A DNA stretch of 54,935 nt, from positions 1-54,935 of the forward strand of contig JBJLAY010000047.1 in the NCBI GenBank assembly GCA_045568475.1, written 5' to 3'. The notes below the pieces were generated by a model, which saw only the letters and a list, made by a program, of their open reading frames with translations, did not search any database and was not told the DNA's origin. The DNA is from Candidatus Poseidoniaceae archaeon (lineage in GTDB: Archaea; Thermoplasmatota; Poseidoniia; Poseidoniales; Poseidoniaceae). A program made the position numbers and the translations under genes. Each line of letters starts with the position of its first letter. The first letter of the stretch is position 1. Of this stretch, positions 36,558-47,615 are shown piece after piece.

Positions 36558-39341
36558 TCAAGTTCGACGGCTAGTTCTAACTCGGAAGATACCTTTGCTA
36601 AGAAACAGTTTGCGGAATTCTTCTACCATAAACACAGTACTTGAAACTAATATGATAACAAACCAATCAGATCTTTCAAGTTGAGTTGTGGACAATAACT
36701 CTCCTATGTTGAATGAGGTAAGCGGTATTGTCCATTCGGCTCCTTGCACGGCGATGAGTAAAAGTGTGCTAGAAAAGAAAATCGCCAGATATATTGCTCG
36801 ATTAGAGAATAATCCCAGTTTGAAAACACTGTCTTCACTACTGCGACAATTCATTACATTGAACAGTTGGAATAGAATGAATACGCTGAAACACATTGTT
36901 CTAGCATATTCATCTGTGCCGTTACTTAATGCCAGATAGTAGACAATAAGTGTCCCAGTAACCATTACTGCTCCTAGATAGAAAATTAATGCTAAATCCA
37001 TGAGGTTTGGCAAAGGTTCAGCTACAGGTCGCGGAGGTCGATCCATGACATTCGAATGCATTCTTTCTACACCTAGAGCAACAGCTGGCGGACCATCCAT
37101 TAGGATGTTGATAACAAGAATCTGGGTTGCTGTTAGCGGTAAAGGCATACCGAATGCAACGTTTGCCAATAATAGTAGAGCTACAGCGGCAACGTTAGTC
37201 GAAACCTGGTAGCGAACGAAATTACGGATATTTGCATATATCTTACGACCTTCTTCAACTGCATTGACTATATTTGCAAAGTTATCATCTTGAAGTACCA
37301 TATCCGATGCATCTTTTGCAACATCAGTTCCTGCAATTCCCATTGAAATTCCAATGTTAGCGCGGGATAGAGCAGGGGCATCGTTGACACCATCTCCAGT
37401 CATAGCAACGACTTCTCCCTCATCCTGTAATGCTGTTACAATGCGCATCTTCTGTTCCGGAGTAACACGGCTGAAAATAGCAGTAGCGCCAACAATATCG
37501 CGCATTGCTTCATCATCAAGTATCTCTAACCTTTCACCACCGATAGCATCAATGTGAGGCTTAGTAATATTGAGATCTTCACCAATCGATTGAGCAGTCA
37601 TGTGTTGGTCGCCAGTAATCATCTTTACACGGATTCCTGCTTTCTGACACCTCTTGATAGCGTCATAAACTTCAGCACGTGGTGGGTCCATAATTCCAAC
37701 CATTCCTAAGAAAATTAAATTATCTTCAATCGATTCCATATTAGTGGTATCCTCTCCTTCTTCTACTCTTCGAGCACAGAGAGCGATTACACGCATTGCT
37801 TTACTAGCCATCATTTGATTAGCATCCGTGGCTTGTTTGATATCCCCTTCATCGATAGGAACGATTTCACCATTGGATACCTTCCATTTTACAAGATCCC
37901 TGTATCCTCCAGCGCCACCTTTGGAGAAAACCCAGTCCTCGCCTTCGTATTCGTGAATCACTGACATTCTCTTACGATCTGTATTGAAGAAGAATTCATG
38001 CTTACGAGGATGTCTCTGTGCGAATTTAGCAACATCACCGTTTATTTTGTACCCCAATACTGCACAGGCACTATCTGTTGGGTCTCCAATTGCAGACCAT
38101 TGCTCATCAACCTCTGCAATCTGCGAGTTGTGGCACAATGAAAGACAAGTGGCTGCTAATCTAAACCCAAGGTCTCTTTGTAATTCAGACATCGCCTCAT
38201 CACTAAGTTCAGAATCATCTAACATCAGTTTACCTTCTGGTTTGAATCCTTCACCACTAATTCCAAAGGTGTTTTCTGAAAGCATTAATTCACGTACAGT
38301 CATTTGGTTTTTGGTTAATGTTCCAGTCTTATCTGTACAAATTACGGTGGTGGAACCAAGTGTTTCAACAGCCTTCATTCGACGAATTATCGCTTTGTGC
38401 CTAGCCATATTCCTCATTCCAATAGCAAGAGTAGTTACCAGAATAATAGGCAACCCTTCTGGAACAATTGCTACGAATATTGCTATAGCTACTAGAAGTT
38501 GTTCTTTAGCAGCACCCCATAAGTCCCCACCACCAACATATGTTACTATCAATTCAATAGATACAATTAATGCAGCAACAATTAGTGCGATGAAACCTAG
38601 GAATTTACCAAGAGATTCTAATTTGTGTTCTAAAGGTGTTTTAGGAGTTTCTGCTTCAGCAATGTCGCTAGCGATTTTACCTAATTCTGTCTGCATCCCT
38701 ATAGAGGTAACAATGCCTACAGCCCTACCTGTTGAAATGGTTGTACCCATGTACAACATGTTTCTTCTATCTGCTAATAGCGTCTCAGGAGGTAGAAGGT
38801 CAGCATGAACTTTAGTTGGCATTGATTCCCCAGTCAATGCAGATTCATCGACCTTACACTGCCAGGATTCGCTTACACGCAAATCAGCCGGAACATTGAG
38901 GCCCTCCTCCATTTTTACGATATCACCTGGAACAAGCTCAGTAGTACTGATTTCCATTTCCATTCCGTCTCTACAAACAACACACCGAGAAATTGTCATT
39001 TGTTTTAATGCACCCATTTCCTGTTCTGCTTTATTTTCCTGCCAAAAACCAAAGAATGCATTTGCAGTTAGAACTATTCCAATAAATATGGCATCGCCAG
39101 GTTGATCTGGATGAGTTGCAAGCGCTAGCAAACCAGCACCTATTAACAAATAATTAAGCGGATCATGATATTGCGATAAAAAGCGTAAAAATGCAGAAGT
39201 TTTCTCAGGCTCCCTTAACTTATTCTCGCCATATTTAAGTTGCCTAGATTTAGCCTCTTCAGACGATAGACCACCTAGTGGAGTGTCCATTTCAAGCAGT
39301 ACATCTTCACCACTTTTGGTATGCCACAAATGTTCGGACAT
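36558..39341 (-). CDS. P-type (IIA, Ca2+-like) cation-transporting ATPase
   Basis: TGES, VPEGLP, DKTGTLT, TGDGVNDAPAL, NILMDGPPA. Confidence 0.95.
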   Translation of the reverse strand: MSEHLWHTKSGEDVLLEMDTPLGGLSSEEAKSRQLKYGENKLREPEKTSAFLRFLSQYHDPLNYLLIGAGLLALATHPDQPGDAIFIGIVLTANAFFGFWQENKAEQEMGALKQMTISRCVVCRDGMEMEISTTELVPGDIVKMEEGLNVPADLRVSESWQCKVDESALTGESMPTKVHADLLPPETLLADRRNMLYMGTTISTGRAVGIVTSIGMQTELGKIASDIAEAETPKTPLEHKLESLGKFLGFIALIVAALIVSIELIVTYVGGGDLWGAAKEQLLVAIAIFVAIVPEGLPIILVTTLAIGMRNMARHKAIIRRMKAVETLGSTTVICTDKTGTLTKNQMTVRELMLSENTFGISGEGFKPEGKLMLDDSELSDEAMSELQRDLGFRLAATCLSLCHNSQIAEVDEQWSAIGDPTDSACAVLGYKINGDVAKFAQRHPRKHEFFFNTDRKRMSVIHEYEGEDWVFSKGGAGGYRDLVKWKVSNGEIVPIDEGDIKQATDANQMMASKAMRVIALCARRVEEGEDTTNMESIEDNLIFLGMVGIMDPPRAEVYDAIKRCQKAGIRVKMITGDQHMTAQSIGEDLNITKPHIDAIGGERLEILDDEAMRDIVGATAIFSRVTPEQKMRIVTALQDEGEVVAMTGDGVNDAPALSRANIGISMGIAGTDVAKDASDMVLQDDNFANIVNAVEEGRKIYANIRNFVRYQVSTNVAAVALLLLANVAFGMPLPLTATQILVINILMDGPPAVALGVERMHSNVMDRPPRPVAEPLPNLMDLALIFYLGAVMVTGTLIVYYLALSNGTDEYARTMCFSVFILFQLFNVMNCRSSEDSVFKLGLFSNRAIYLAIFFSSTLLLIAVQGAEWTIPLTSFNIGELLSTTQLERSDWFVIILVSSTVFMVEEFRKLFLSKGIFRVRTSRRT

Positions 39342-39462
39342 GAAATCACCCCGAGCAGACTGCTCTTATTGTCCGGTAATACAGGGACTTATGATTATAC
39401 GGGTGGGTGTTCCAAATTCAACAGCCGATTATTTGACAAGCCGGACACTTCTCCCAGAATGT

Positions 39463-41580
39463 ATGTCCGGACTCGGAGAGCCGTGGATTCCTGCTGATAG
39501 TGATGTCAAGGAATTAACTGTCCGCGTCATTGTAATCGGCATACTACTCGGCGGTTTGATGACTGCAGCTAATGCCTATTTGGGATTGTATGTCGGTATG
39601 ACAGTATCTGCATCGATCCCCGCTGCAGTAATGAGTATGCTAATATTACGCGGATTAAAGTTTCAAGATGTAACAATACTTGAGAATAATTCCGTACAGA
39701 CAATGGCTAGTGCTGGAGAATCATTAGCGGCAGGTGTTATATTCACCGTTCCAGCATTACTAGTTCTAGGGATTTGGAATGATATTCAATGGATGGAAAC
39801 ATTCCTAATTGCGATATTGGGGGGTTTGCTTGGAACCATGTTTACTATTGCTCTTCGAAGATTATTCATTGTCGAAGAAGCACTTCCGTACCCAGAAGGA
39901 GTCGCATGTAGGGAAGTTTTAGTGGCTGGGGAAAAAGGTGGAAGTGGATTAACAGCAATTGTTTACGCACTTTTGATAGGTGCAACTTATGGATGGATGG
40001 TGAAAGCATTTGGTTCGACAAAAGCTAAGGTGGAAGGTGTTGCTTCTGCATTCGGAACTAAATTCTATGGCGGAATCGATCTTTCGTTGGCGCTACTTTC
40101 TGTTGGATACATAGTTGGAATCAGAATTGCTGCATTCATTTTCATGGGAGGAGTACTAGGTTATGGAGTTCTAGTACCAATATACGGATTTGTATATGGT
40201 TTCCCTGACGTATCAAATAGCTTTGGAATAGGATTGGCAGATTACAAGGAAATATGGGTTTCACAAATACGCTATGCGGGTGTTGGGGCAATGGTTGTAG
40301 GAGGAATTTACACTCTGTGGTCTATGCGTAAGACGATTGCTGATGGTCTTGGTAAGGCATTCAAAAAATCAGAAAATAGCGATGAAGTATTACGAACTGA
40401 AATGGATCTTCCTCTCAATAAAGTAATGATGTTCTGTGGAGTATTAGTCGTATTGATTTTCATATTCTATTGGTATGCAACAGGGAATATTATTATGGCT
40501 TTAGCCGGTGCATTATTCCTTGCAGTTGTATCATTTTTCTTTGCAGCAGTTGCCGGATATATCGCAGGCGTGGTTGGGTCATCTAATTCTCCTGTTTCAG
40601 GAATGACAATTGCAACATTGCTTTTCACTATAGGATTAGTATGGATAGTTGGTGGATTAATTCTAGGTATGGAAGAAAAAGAAATGATGGTAGCTACAAT
40701 GTTCATCGCAGCCATTGTAGCCACATCAGCAGCAATTGCAGGAGATGTAATGCAGGATTTGAAGACTGGGCACATGGTTGGTGCAACACCCTGGAAACAA
40801 CAAACTGCAGAGATTGTAGGCGTTACTGTAGGAGCACTTGTCATTGGTCCTGTCCTTTCATTATTACACGATGCTTTTAGAATAACCAACACAGCATGTA
40901 TGGAAAATCCGTTACCAAATGATCCTGAATGCAAAAATGCACTTTTCGCACCACAAGCAGAACTGATAGGAGCGATTGTGGAAGGTGCTTTTGGAGGAAA
41001 TATGAACCTTCCAATGGTAATATTAGGAGGAATTATTGCAATTATCTTAATTCGTTTAGCAATGCCTGTGATGAGCGTTGCAATCGGAATTTACCTGCCA
41101 TTGTACCTATCCGTACCAATTATGGCGGGTGGAATCATCTCACATATCCTACTTTCAAGCGCACGATTGAGAGTCGACGGTACTTTGGAAGGCAAACCAA
41201 GTAATGAGGCCAAATTAGCGATAAAGGAAGTTCAGGACAAAGGTGTCCTAATAGGTGCTGGATTCATTGCAGGTGAATCGCTGATGGGCGTTCTATTGGC
41301 TGTATTCATCGTTGCTGATAACAAATGGAAAGACCAAGGTATTCTCCCAGAAGATTGGTTTGGCGGAATTGGAACACTAGGAAATTTCGCATCTTTGTTG
41401 TTCTTTGGTTGGTTCGTTGCAGTTTTCATTATGCTATCGGCTCGAGCTTTACCAAAGAAAGGAAATCTAATGGGAGATTTAGTGTTTGTACTATCTGATG
41501 CAGCAAAGCGTTTGAGCGGAGTGTTAAAGCCTCCATCTTTGCCAGTTTTGGGCAAAACAACTAATCAAAATGACGATTAA
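39463..41580 (+). CDS. OPT family oligopeptide transporter
   Basis: ELTVR, YLGLYVG, ENNSVQT, LPYPEG, SSNSPVSG, MQDLKTG, GFIAGES. Start ATG 39463. Confidence 0.95.
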   Translation: MSGLGEPWIPADSDVKELTVRVIVIGILLGGLMTAANAYLGLYVGMTVSASIPAAVMSMLILRGLKFQDVTILENNSVQTMASAGESLAAGVIFTVPALLVLGIWNDIQWMETFLIAILGGLLGTMFTIALRRLFIVEEALPYPEGVACREVLVAGEKGGSGLTAIVYALLIGATYGWMVKAFGSTKAKVEGVASAFGTKFYGGIDLSLALLSVGYIVGIRIAAFIFMGGVLGYGVLVPIYGFVYGFPDVSNSFGIGLADYKEIWVSQIRYAGVGAMVVGGIYTLWSMRKTIADGLGKAFKKSENSDEVLRTEMDLPLNKVMMFCGVLVVLIFIFYWYATGNIIMALAGALFLAVVSFFFAAVAGYIAGVVGSSNSPVSGMTIATLLFTIGLVWIVGGLILGMEEKEMMVATMFIAAIVATSAAIAGDVMQDLKTGHMVGATPWKQQTAEIVGVTVGALVIGPVLSLLHDAFRITNTACMENPLPNDPECKNALFAPQAELIGAIVEGAFGGNMNLPMVILGGIIAIILIRLAMPVMSVAIGIYLPLYLSVPIMAGGIISHILLSSARLRVDGTLEGKPSNEAKLAIKEVQDKGVLIGAGFIAGESLMGVLLAVFIVADNKWKDQGILPEDWFGGIGTLGNFASLLFFGWFVAVFIMLSARALPKKGNLMGDLVFVLSDAAKRLSGVLKPPSLPVLGKTTNQNDD

Positions 41581-41648
41581 AGTCTATTTGAAATGAGCAC
41601 AAGCATCAAAGGCCATAGTCTTAGGCCCATATTTCGGAAGCGGTATTG

Positions 41649-42476
41649 ATGACTGGTATGAGCATCTCTGAATTAGAAGAAATGGCTAGAAAATGTCGTA
41701 TTGAGATATGTAAAATGACTCATAGGGCTCAAGCAGGCCATCCAGGTGGCTCTCTGTCAGAAGTTGATATTCTATGTGCACTATATGGGCACAGGCTTCG
41801 TGCTAGAAGTGATGATCCTGATTGGGACGACCGAGACCGATTCATTCTGTCAAAGGGCCATGCATCACCAGGAATGTACGCAGTATTAGCAGAGATGGGT
41901 TTCATCACACACGCTGATTTAGAAACTTATCGAGTTAAAGGCGGTGTATGCCAAGGACACGTGGACATGAAATGGTGCCCGGGTGTTGACTTCTCTGCCG
42001 GCAGTCTTGGAATGGGGCTTTCATTTGGAATGGGTTGCGCAGTAGCAGCCAAGATAGACGGCTCACAAAGAAACGCGTATGTCATGGTTGGAGATGGTGA
42101 AATTCAGGAAGGAAGTGTTTGGGAAGCAGCAATGGCTGCAGCGCACCATGAACTTGGAAATCTGAAACTATTTGTCGACTGTAACGGTATTCAAAATGAT
42201 GATTTTTGTGAAGCACAGATGAGAATGTTTGACATCCCTGCTAAATGGAACGCATTTGGTTGGGCTGTGAAAGTAATCGACGGACACAACATGAGTGAAA
42301 TTGTGGACGCAATTGATTGGATGGATTCAATAACTGACAAACCTGCAGTTGTTATAGCAAAGACTGTCAAAGGAAAGGGTGTTTCTTTCATGGAAAACAA
42401 TCCAGCATTCCATGGTGCTGCACCATCGGATGAGCAATTGGCAATCGCACTATCTGAACTGGGGGTGAACGCATGA
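41649..42476 (+). CDS. Transketolase, N-terminal subunit
   Basis: GHPGGSLS, DRFILSKGH, GSLGMG, GDGEIQEG ThDP motif. Confidence 0.95.
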   Translation: MTGMSISELEEMARKCRIEICKMTHRAQAGHPGGSLSEVDILCALYGHRLRARSDDPDWDDRDRFILSKGHASPGMYAVLAEMGFITHADLETYRVKGGVCQGHVDMKWCPGVDFSAGSLGMGLSFGMGCAVAAKIDGSQRNAYVMVGDGEIQEGSVWEAAMAAAHHELGNLKLFVDCNGIQNDDFCEAQMRMFDIPAKWNAFGWAVKVIDGHNMSEIVDAIDWMDSITDKPAVVIAKTVKGKGVSFMENNPAFHGAAPSDEQLAIALSELGVNA

Positions 42477-43411
42477 CCAGAATGGCAGCGACTAGAGATG
42501 GATATGGAGAGGCACTACTTGCACTAGCTGAAAATCCGAAAGTCGTAGTTCTTGAAGCAGATCTTGGTAAATCAACCAAATCCCTACACTTTAGGAAAGC
42601 GCATCCTGAAAGAACTGTTTCTTGTGGAATCGGAGAACAAAATATGCTATTGGTAGGTGCTGGTTTGGCATCAAGTGGATACATTCCGTTTGCAAGTACA
42701 TTTGCAATATTTACTGAAAGGGCATTCGAACAGATGAGAAATGGAATTGCAAGACCAAACCTTGCAGTGCATCTTTGTGGATCGCACGGAGGTACTCACA
42801 CAGGCACAGATGGTTCAAGTGCTCAATCTATTGAAGACTTGGCAATATATCGTACTCTTCCAAATGTTGTTGTTATGCACCCTTGCGATGACATTTCAAC
42901 AAAGGAACTTACGATGCAATTACCCGGACTAGGTGGACCATCTTACATGCGTACAGCCAGAAATAAAACGCCAGTATTGTATGAAGGTAAGGAAGATCAA
43001 ATAAAAATTGGAAAAGGAATTACATTGACTGAAGGTAATGATGTTGCAATCATTGCTTGTGGGGTGCTAGTTCACGAAGCAATGGAGGCTGCAAAGTCAT
43101 TAGAGTCTGAAGGAATCAATGCAACGGTAGTAGACATGCATACAATCAAGCCTCTGGACACTGAACTAATCAATCAATTATCTGCTAAATGTGGAGCGAT
43201 TGTTACCGCAGAAGATCATTCGGTTATCGGAGGCCTTGGAGGCGCAGTGGCAGAACATGTCGTGTCAAATCAACCTGTGCCAATGGAGAAAATAGGAGTT
43301 CAAGATAGGTTCGGAGAATCGGCTGGTTCAGAAGAAATGTTGGAAATGATGGGATTGAAATCACATCACATTTCTGAGGCAGTCAAGAAGGTAATCGCGA
43401 GGAAGGCTTGA
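42473..43411 (+). CDS. Transketolase, C-terminal subunit
   Basis: ATRDGYG, GIGEQNM, RAFEQ, EDHSVIGGLG, DRFGES. Confidence 0.95.
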   Translation: MTRMAATRDGYGEALLALAENPKVVVLEADLGKSTKSLHFRKAHPERTVSCGIGEQNMLLVGAGLASSGYIPFASTFAIFTERAFEQMRNGIARPNLAVHLCGSHGGTHTGTDGSSAQSIEDLAIYRTLPNVVVMHPCDDISTKELTMQLPGLGGPSYMRTARNKTPVLYEGKEDQIKIGKGITLTEGNDVAIIACGVLVHEAMEAAKSLESEGINATVVDMHTIKPLDTELINQLSAKCGAIVTAEDHSVIGGLGGAVAEHVVSNQPVPMEKIGVQDRFGESAGSEEMLEMMGLKSHHISEAVKKVIARKA

Positions 43412-43437
43412 AGCACCTCCTACTATGACACCCTCAC

Positions 43438-44097
43438 ATGGAGTTCTTCCTAGACACCGCCGACGTAGATGAAATTAGAGAGATTGCCTCATGGGGTATT
43501 CTTGACGGAGTAACCACAAACCCATCCTTAATTAAAAAGAGTGGAAGGGATTTCAAAACAGTAGTAGCTGAAATCGCATCAATATGTGATGGGCCGATTT
43601 CTGCAGAAGTTACTGCTTTGGATACCGATGGGATGGTTGAGCAAGGAAGACTATTGAAAGAGGAGTTGCCTCCAAACGTCATTATCAAGATCCCTTGTAC
43701 TCCAGAAGGACTTGCTGCGACAAAGATTCTTACTGCGGATGGAATCAAGACGAATGTAACTTTGATTTTCTCTGCATCACAAGCATTGATGGCTGCCAAA
43801 GCAGGTGCTACATATGTTTCACCTTTTATCGGAAGAATCGATGATACTGGAGCAGATGGAATGACTTTGATTGCAGAAATTATGTCTACTTGGGATAATT
43901 ATAATGTTGATACAAAGGTACTGGCTGCGTCCATTCGCCATCCAACCCATGTTCTAGCTTGTATGCAAATGGGTGCTCATACCGTGACAATGCCAACTAA
44001 AATCTTCCGTCAACTAATGACACATCCACTAACAGATAAGGGACTTGCTGGATTCATGAAAGATTGGGCTGAGGTCGAAGCAGCCGGTAATGCTTGA
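43438..44097 (+). CDS. tal: Transaldolase (TalC/FSA short type)
   Basis: FLDTA, GVTTNPS, IKIP, NVTLIFS, YVSPFIGR, AASIR. Confidence 0.93.
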   Translation: MEFFLDTADVDEIREIASWGILDGVTTNPSLIKKSGRDFKTVVAEIASICDGPISAEVTALDTDGMVEQGRLLKEELPPNVIIKIPCTPEGLAATKILTADGIKTNVTLIFSASQALMAAKAGATYVSPFIGRIDDTGADGMTLIAEIMSTWDNYNVDTKVLAASIRHPTHVLACMQMGAHTVTMPTKIFRQLMTHPLTDKGLAGFMKDWAEVEAAGNA

Positions 44098-44149
44098 GGC
44101 GAACGCTTGATAATGAGCACCTGCCCACATCGATTTGCGAGGCGATTGC

Positions 44150-44677
44150 ATGGCCAGTCATGAAGATAAACTCAAACGTCTTCTTGATGGCGATATTGAT
44201 GAGTCTGAAATCGCCGCAGACCCTATTTTAGCGAGTCTCGCTGAGCGTATTTTTGGATTAAATATTGAACCAATTATCCCTAGTAAACCGAGTCAAGGTA
44301 CAATGTTACCAGAAGTTGAAGTTGTTACTGCGGTTACAACACAGGACTCAATGATCGAAGTTGTACCAGGTGCAGCACCAATTGATGCGATGCCATTGCC
44401 ATCACTGCCATCCATTCCTAAACAAGATGTGACTAATGATGGTGGAGGATTGCTCAAAGCATTTGGTATAATTTCGCTATTAACCGCTGTTGCTAACATA
44501 TTCGGGGCATTCGGATTCTTAAATGGCGGAGAGGGAAGTAGAATTAATTGGGCTGGCATCCATGATATTAATAATGAAATGGGATGGTCTGAGCCCTTCC
44601 CTGTTCTAGGTATTCCAGATTATGTTGCTGTGGCATGTAGCATTATTGTCATCATTCTTGCTTTCCGTCGCAAGTAA
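44150..44677 (+). CDS. Hypothetical membrane protein (two C-terminal TM helices)
   Basis: Fills the gap between tal and proS; SD-like GAGG upstream; two hydrophobic segments. Confidence 0.75.
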   Translation: MASHEDKLKRLLDGDIDESEIAADPILASLAERIFGLNIEPIIPSKPSQGTMLPEVEVVTAVTTQDSMIEVVPGAAPIDAMPLPSLPSIPKQDVTNDGGGLLKAFGIISLLTAVANIFGAFGFLNGGEGSRINWAGIHDINNEMGWSEPFPVLGIPDYVAVACSIIVIILAFRRK

Positions 44678-44715
44678 TGCGGCAATTTGATGAACACCAA
44701 GTATAGGTGAGTAAT

Positions 44716-46209
44716 ATGGGCAAAGGTAAAGCAAAGCGCGGCATCCCTTCAAAAGTTGATGATTTCAACTCTTGGTACCCATTTATTGTTGAAGCTTCAG
44801 AATTGGTTGACAAAAGATATCCAATCAAAGGAATGGATGTATGGAGGCCATATGGATGGCGAACAATGAAGTTGATTGATTCACTTACTCATGAGGAAAT
44901 GGAGAGGACTGAGCATGAAGAAGTCAATTTCCCATTACTGATACCTGAAAATCTTCTCGAAAAGGAAAATGCCCTAGTGGCGCGATTGAAAAGGGCAAGA
45001 GAAGAAGGAGTTGATCCTGATGATCTTCGTGATGAAGATGAAGAAGGTGGATTCAAAAAAGAGGTTTACTGGGTGAAGCACGCTGGTGAAAATGAATTAG
45101 ACATACCTATGTTCTTACGGCCTACAAGTGAGACTGCAATGTATACTATGTTCCCATTATGGGTTCGCTCACACAAAGATTTACCATTGAAGGTTTATCA
45201 AATGGTGAATACATTCCGGTATGAAACCAAACAAACTCGATCATTCATTCGTGTTAGAGAAATACACTTCTTTGAAGCACATACAGCTCACGTTGACGAA
45301 GCTTGTGCAACTAGACAAATCGAACAAGATTTAGAAATTGTAGACAATCTAATGCACAAACTATGTCTACCTGTAATCAAGGCAAAGAGGCCCGTATGGG
45401 ACACATTCCCTGGTGCATGGTACACAATTGGAATAGATGCAATCATGCCTAATGGAAGGACACTACAGGTGGCATCATGTCACCATTATAGAGACCAATG
45501 GGCAAAGGCATTCGATCTAACATACGAAAATCTAGATGCCGAGCAACAACACTGCCACCAAACAACATATGGAATGTCGGAAAGGCTTCTTGGTGCAGTA
45601 GTAGGGATGCACGGAGATGACAATGGACTGATTATGCCGCCTGCAATTGCGCCGCACCAAGTTGTTATTTGTCCTATGATAAGGAAGAATTCAGAAGTTG
45701 ATACAGTGTCAAAAGCAGATGAAGTTGCAGCAATACTGAAATCTGCTGGATTAAGAGTGAAGGTCGACTCAAGAGATATTCATGCTGGACAGAAATATTT
45801 TGATTGGGAAATTAAAGGTGTTCCACTAAGGTTAGACATAGGTCCACGCGACATAGAAAATGACTGCGCTTTTGCTGCGAGGAGAACTGGAGGTAAAGAG
45901 CCACTTCCTCTAGCCAATATTGCTGAAGAATGCAAACGCCTGTTGAATGAAATTTCTGATGAATTACGTGCAAGGGCTGATGCCCATGCTGACAATGTAA
46001 TTGTTCCATTGACTAGTTTGGATGATGTTGAGGATGGTAAGATCTATGAAATGGCATTTGATGGTACCGACTCACATGCTGAAACTATAGAAAGAACCAC
46101 TGGGATGTCATTCCTAGGAGATGCAACCGAACCATATGAAGATGAAAGGCCTTGCTTCATGTCAGGCAAACCAACAACAAGAAGGGTGCTGTTAGCTAAG
46201 AGTTACTGA
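44716..46209 (+). CDS. proS: Proline--tRNA ligase, archaeal/eukaryotic type
   Basis: LRPTSET, FRYETKQTR, HQTTYGMSER, GVPLRLDIGPRD, C-terminal AKSY. Start ATG 44716 (or GTG 44707). Confidence 0.96.
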   Translation: MGKGKAKRGIPSKVDDFNSWYPFIVEASELVDKRYPIKGMDVWRPYGWRTMKLIDSLTHEEMERTEHEEVNFPLLIPENLLEKENALVARLKRAREEGVDPDDLRDEDEEGGFKKEVYWVKHAGENELDIPMFLRPTSETAMYTMFPLWVRSHKDLPLKVYQMVNTFRYETKQTRSFIRVREIHFFEAHTAHVDEACATRQIEQDLEIVDNLMHKLCLPVIKAKRPVWDTFPGAWYTIGIDAIMPNGRTLQVASCHHYRDQWAKAFDLTYENLDAEQQHCHQTTYGMSERLLGAVVGMHGDDNGLIMPPAIAPHQVVICPMIRKNSEVDTVSKADEVAAILKSAGLRVKVDSRDIHAGQKYFDWEIKGVPLRLDIGPRDIENDCAFAARRTGGKEPLPLANIAEECKRLLNEISDELRARADAHADNVIVPLTSLDDVEDGKIYEMAFDGTDSHAETIERTTGMSFLGDATEPYEDERPCFMSGKPTTRRVLLAKSY

Positions 46210-47574
46210 TTACATTTCGAGTCCGTCGAAATCCATTTCAGAATCTCGCATCATGCGCTTCATCTGCTTGTTCATCTTACGGTTACCACTCATTCCCTTC
46301 ATCATCTTTCGAGAACGATTCCATTGACCAATTAACTCTCTAACATCTTTTTCCATAACTCCAGAACCACGAGCGATTCTACGGATACGGTCAGCCTTAA
46401 TCTTAGCAGGCTCGTCTTTCTCGTAAGTAGTCATTGAATCCATAATGACTTGGTAACGATCTAAATTACCTTGCATAGCTTCTTTCTGATTCTTACCCAT
46501 GGCTCCCATTCCACCAAACATTCCAGAAGGTAAGAAAGAAAGTAACTTGTCAATTGTTCCAACTTTAGACATCATTTCCATCTGAGAATACATGTCATTC
46601 AAAGTAAAGCGTCCGGACATCATTCGTTGCGTAATCCTCATTGCTTCTTCTTCATCCATATCTTCAGGAGCTAAATCGATTAATCCTCGAATGTCACCCA
46701 TTCCTAGAAGTCGTGAAATAAATCTGTCCGATTCGAACTTTTCCAAATCGCTTACTTTCTCTCCAGTACCGATATACATTACTGGTGCGCCAGTAGTAGC
46801 AACAGCTGAAAGTGCACCTCCACCTCGAGCAGTACCGTCCAACTTGGTGATGACTATACCTGTAACTCCGGCAAGGTCATGGAAATTCGCAGCAACTGGT
46901 CCAGCAGATTGACCAACTTGTGCATCGATTACCAAAAATCTCTCATTAGCATTAGAAACCTCTGATATCTGCTCCAATTCTACTACAAGTTCTTCATCGA
47001 GTTTATGTCGTCCAGCAGTGTCTATGATCACCAAATCTGCAGAAGCATGTTCCTTCAAACCATTACGAACAATTTCAACAGCACTCTTGTTGTCTGGCTC
47101 ACCATATACTTCAACAGTTGAGTCTTCCAAGAGTTGTGTAAGTTGATTATAGGCTCCTGGTCTGTGAACGTCAGCCTCGATTACAGCGACTCTAACACCG
47201 TGCTTTCTACGATACCATTCAGCTAACTTAGCAGTGCTAGTTGTTTTTCCATTACCGTAAAGTCCAACCATCAGAATAGTAGATTGGTGTGGTCTAACTT
47301 CTCGAGACGGACCTAGAAGTCTAACCAACTCCGTGTACAGGATATTCATTGCATGTGTTTGTAATGTAATTCCTGGACGCGGCTCTTCTTCACGAAGTCG
47401 CATTTCGAGTTTCTCGGTAATTTCTTTGGTCTGACGTACATTGAAATCTGCTTCCTGTAAAGCCCTTCTCAAAGACCGAAGCATCTCCTTCAATTCGTCT
47501 TCGTCTAACTTTCTTTTATTCTTCAGCAGACCGAGAGCAGAGAAGATTCCCCTGGAAAGTGACTCGAGTGCCAT
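46210..47574 (-). CDS. srp54: Signal recognition particle protein Srp54
   Basis: GLYGNGKTT, DTAGR, TKLDG, Met-rich M domain with RIARGSG. Confidence 0.97.
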   Translation of the reverse strand: MALESLSRGIFSALGLLKNKRKLDEDELKEMLRSLRRALQEADFNVRQTKEITEKLEMRLREEEPRPGITLQTHAMNILYTELVRLLGPSREVRPHQSTILMVGLYGNGKTTSTAKLAEWYRRKHGVRVAVIEADVHRPGAYNQLTQLLEDSTVEVYGEPDNKSAVEIVRNGLKEHASADLVIIDTAGRHKLDEELVVELEQISEVSNANERFLVIDAQVGQSAGPVAANFHDLAGVTGIVITKLDGTARGGGALSAVATTGAPVMYIGTGEKVSDLEKFESDRFISRLLGMGDIRGLIDLAPEDMDEEEAMRITQRMMSGRFTLNDMYSQMEMMSKVGTIDKLLSFLPSGMFGGMGAMGKNQKEAMQGNLDRYQVIMDSMTTYEKDEPAKIKADRIRRIARGSGVMEKDVRELIGQWNRSRKMMKGMSGNRKMNKQMKRMMRDSEMDFDGLEM

Positions 47575-47615
47575 ACTCTGCCCAAAAGCGCATTGTGTTT
47601 GAACCCAACGGATGA

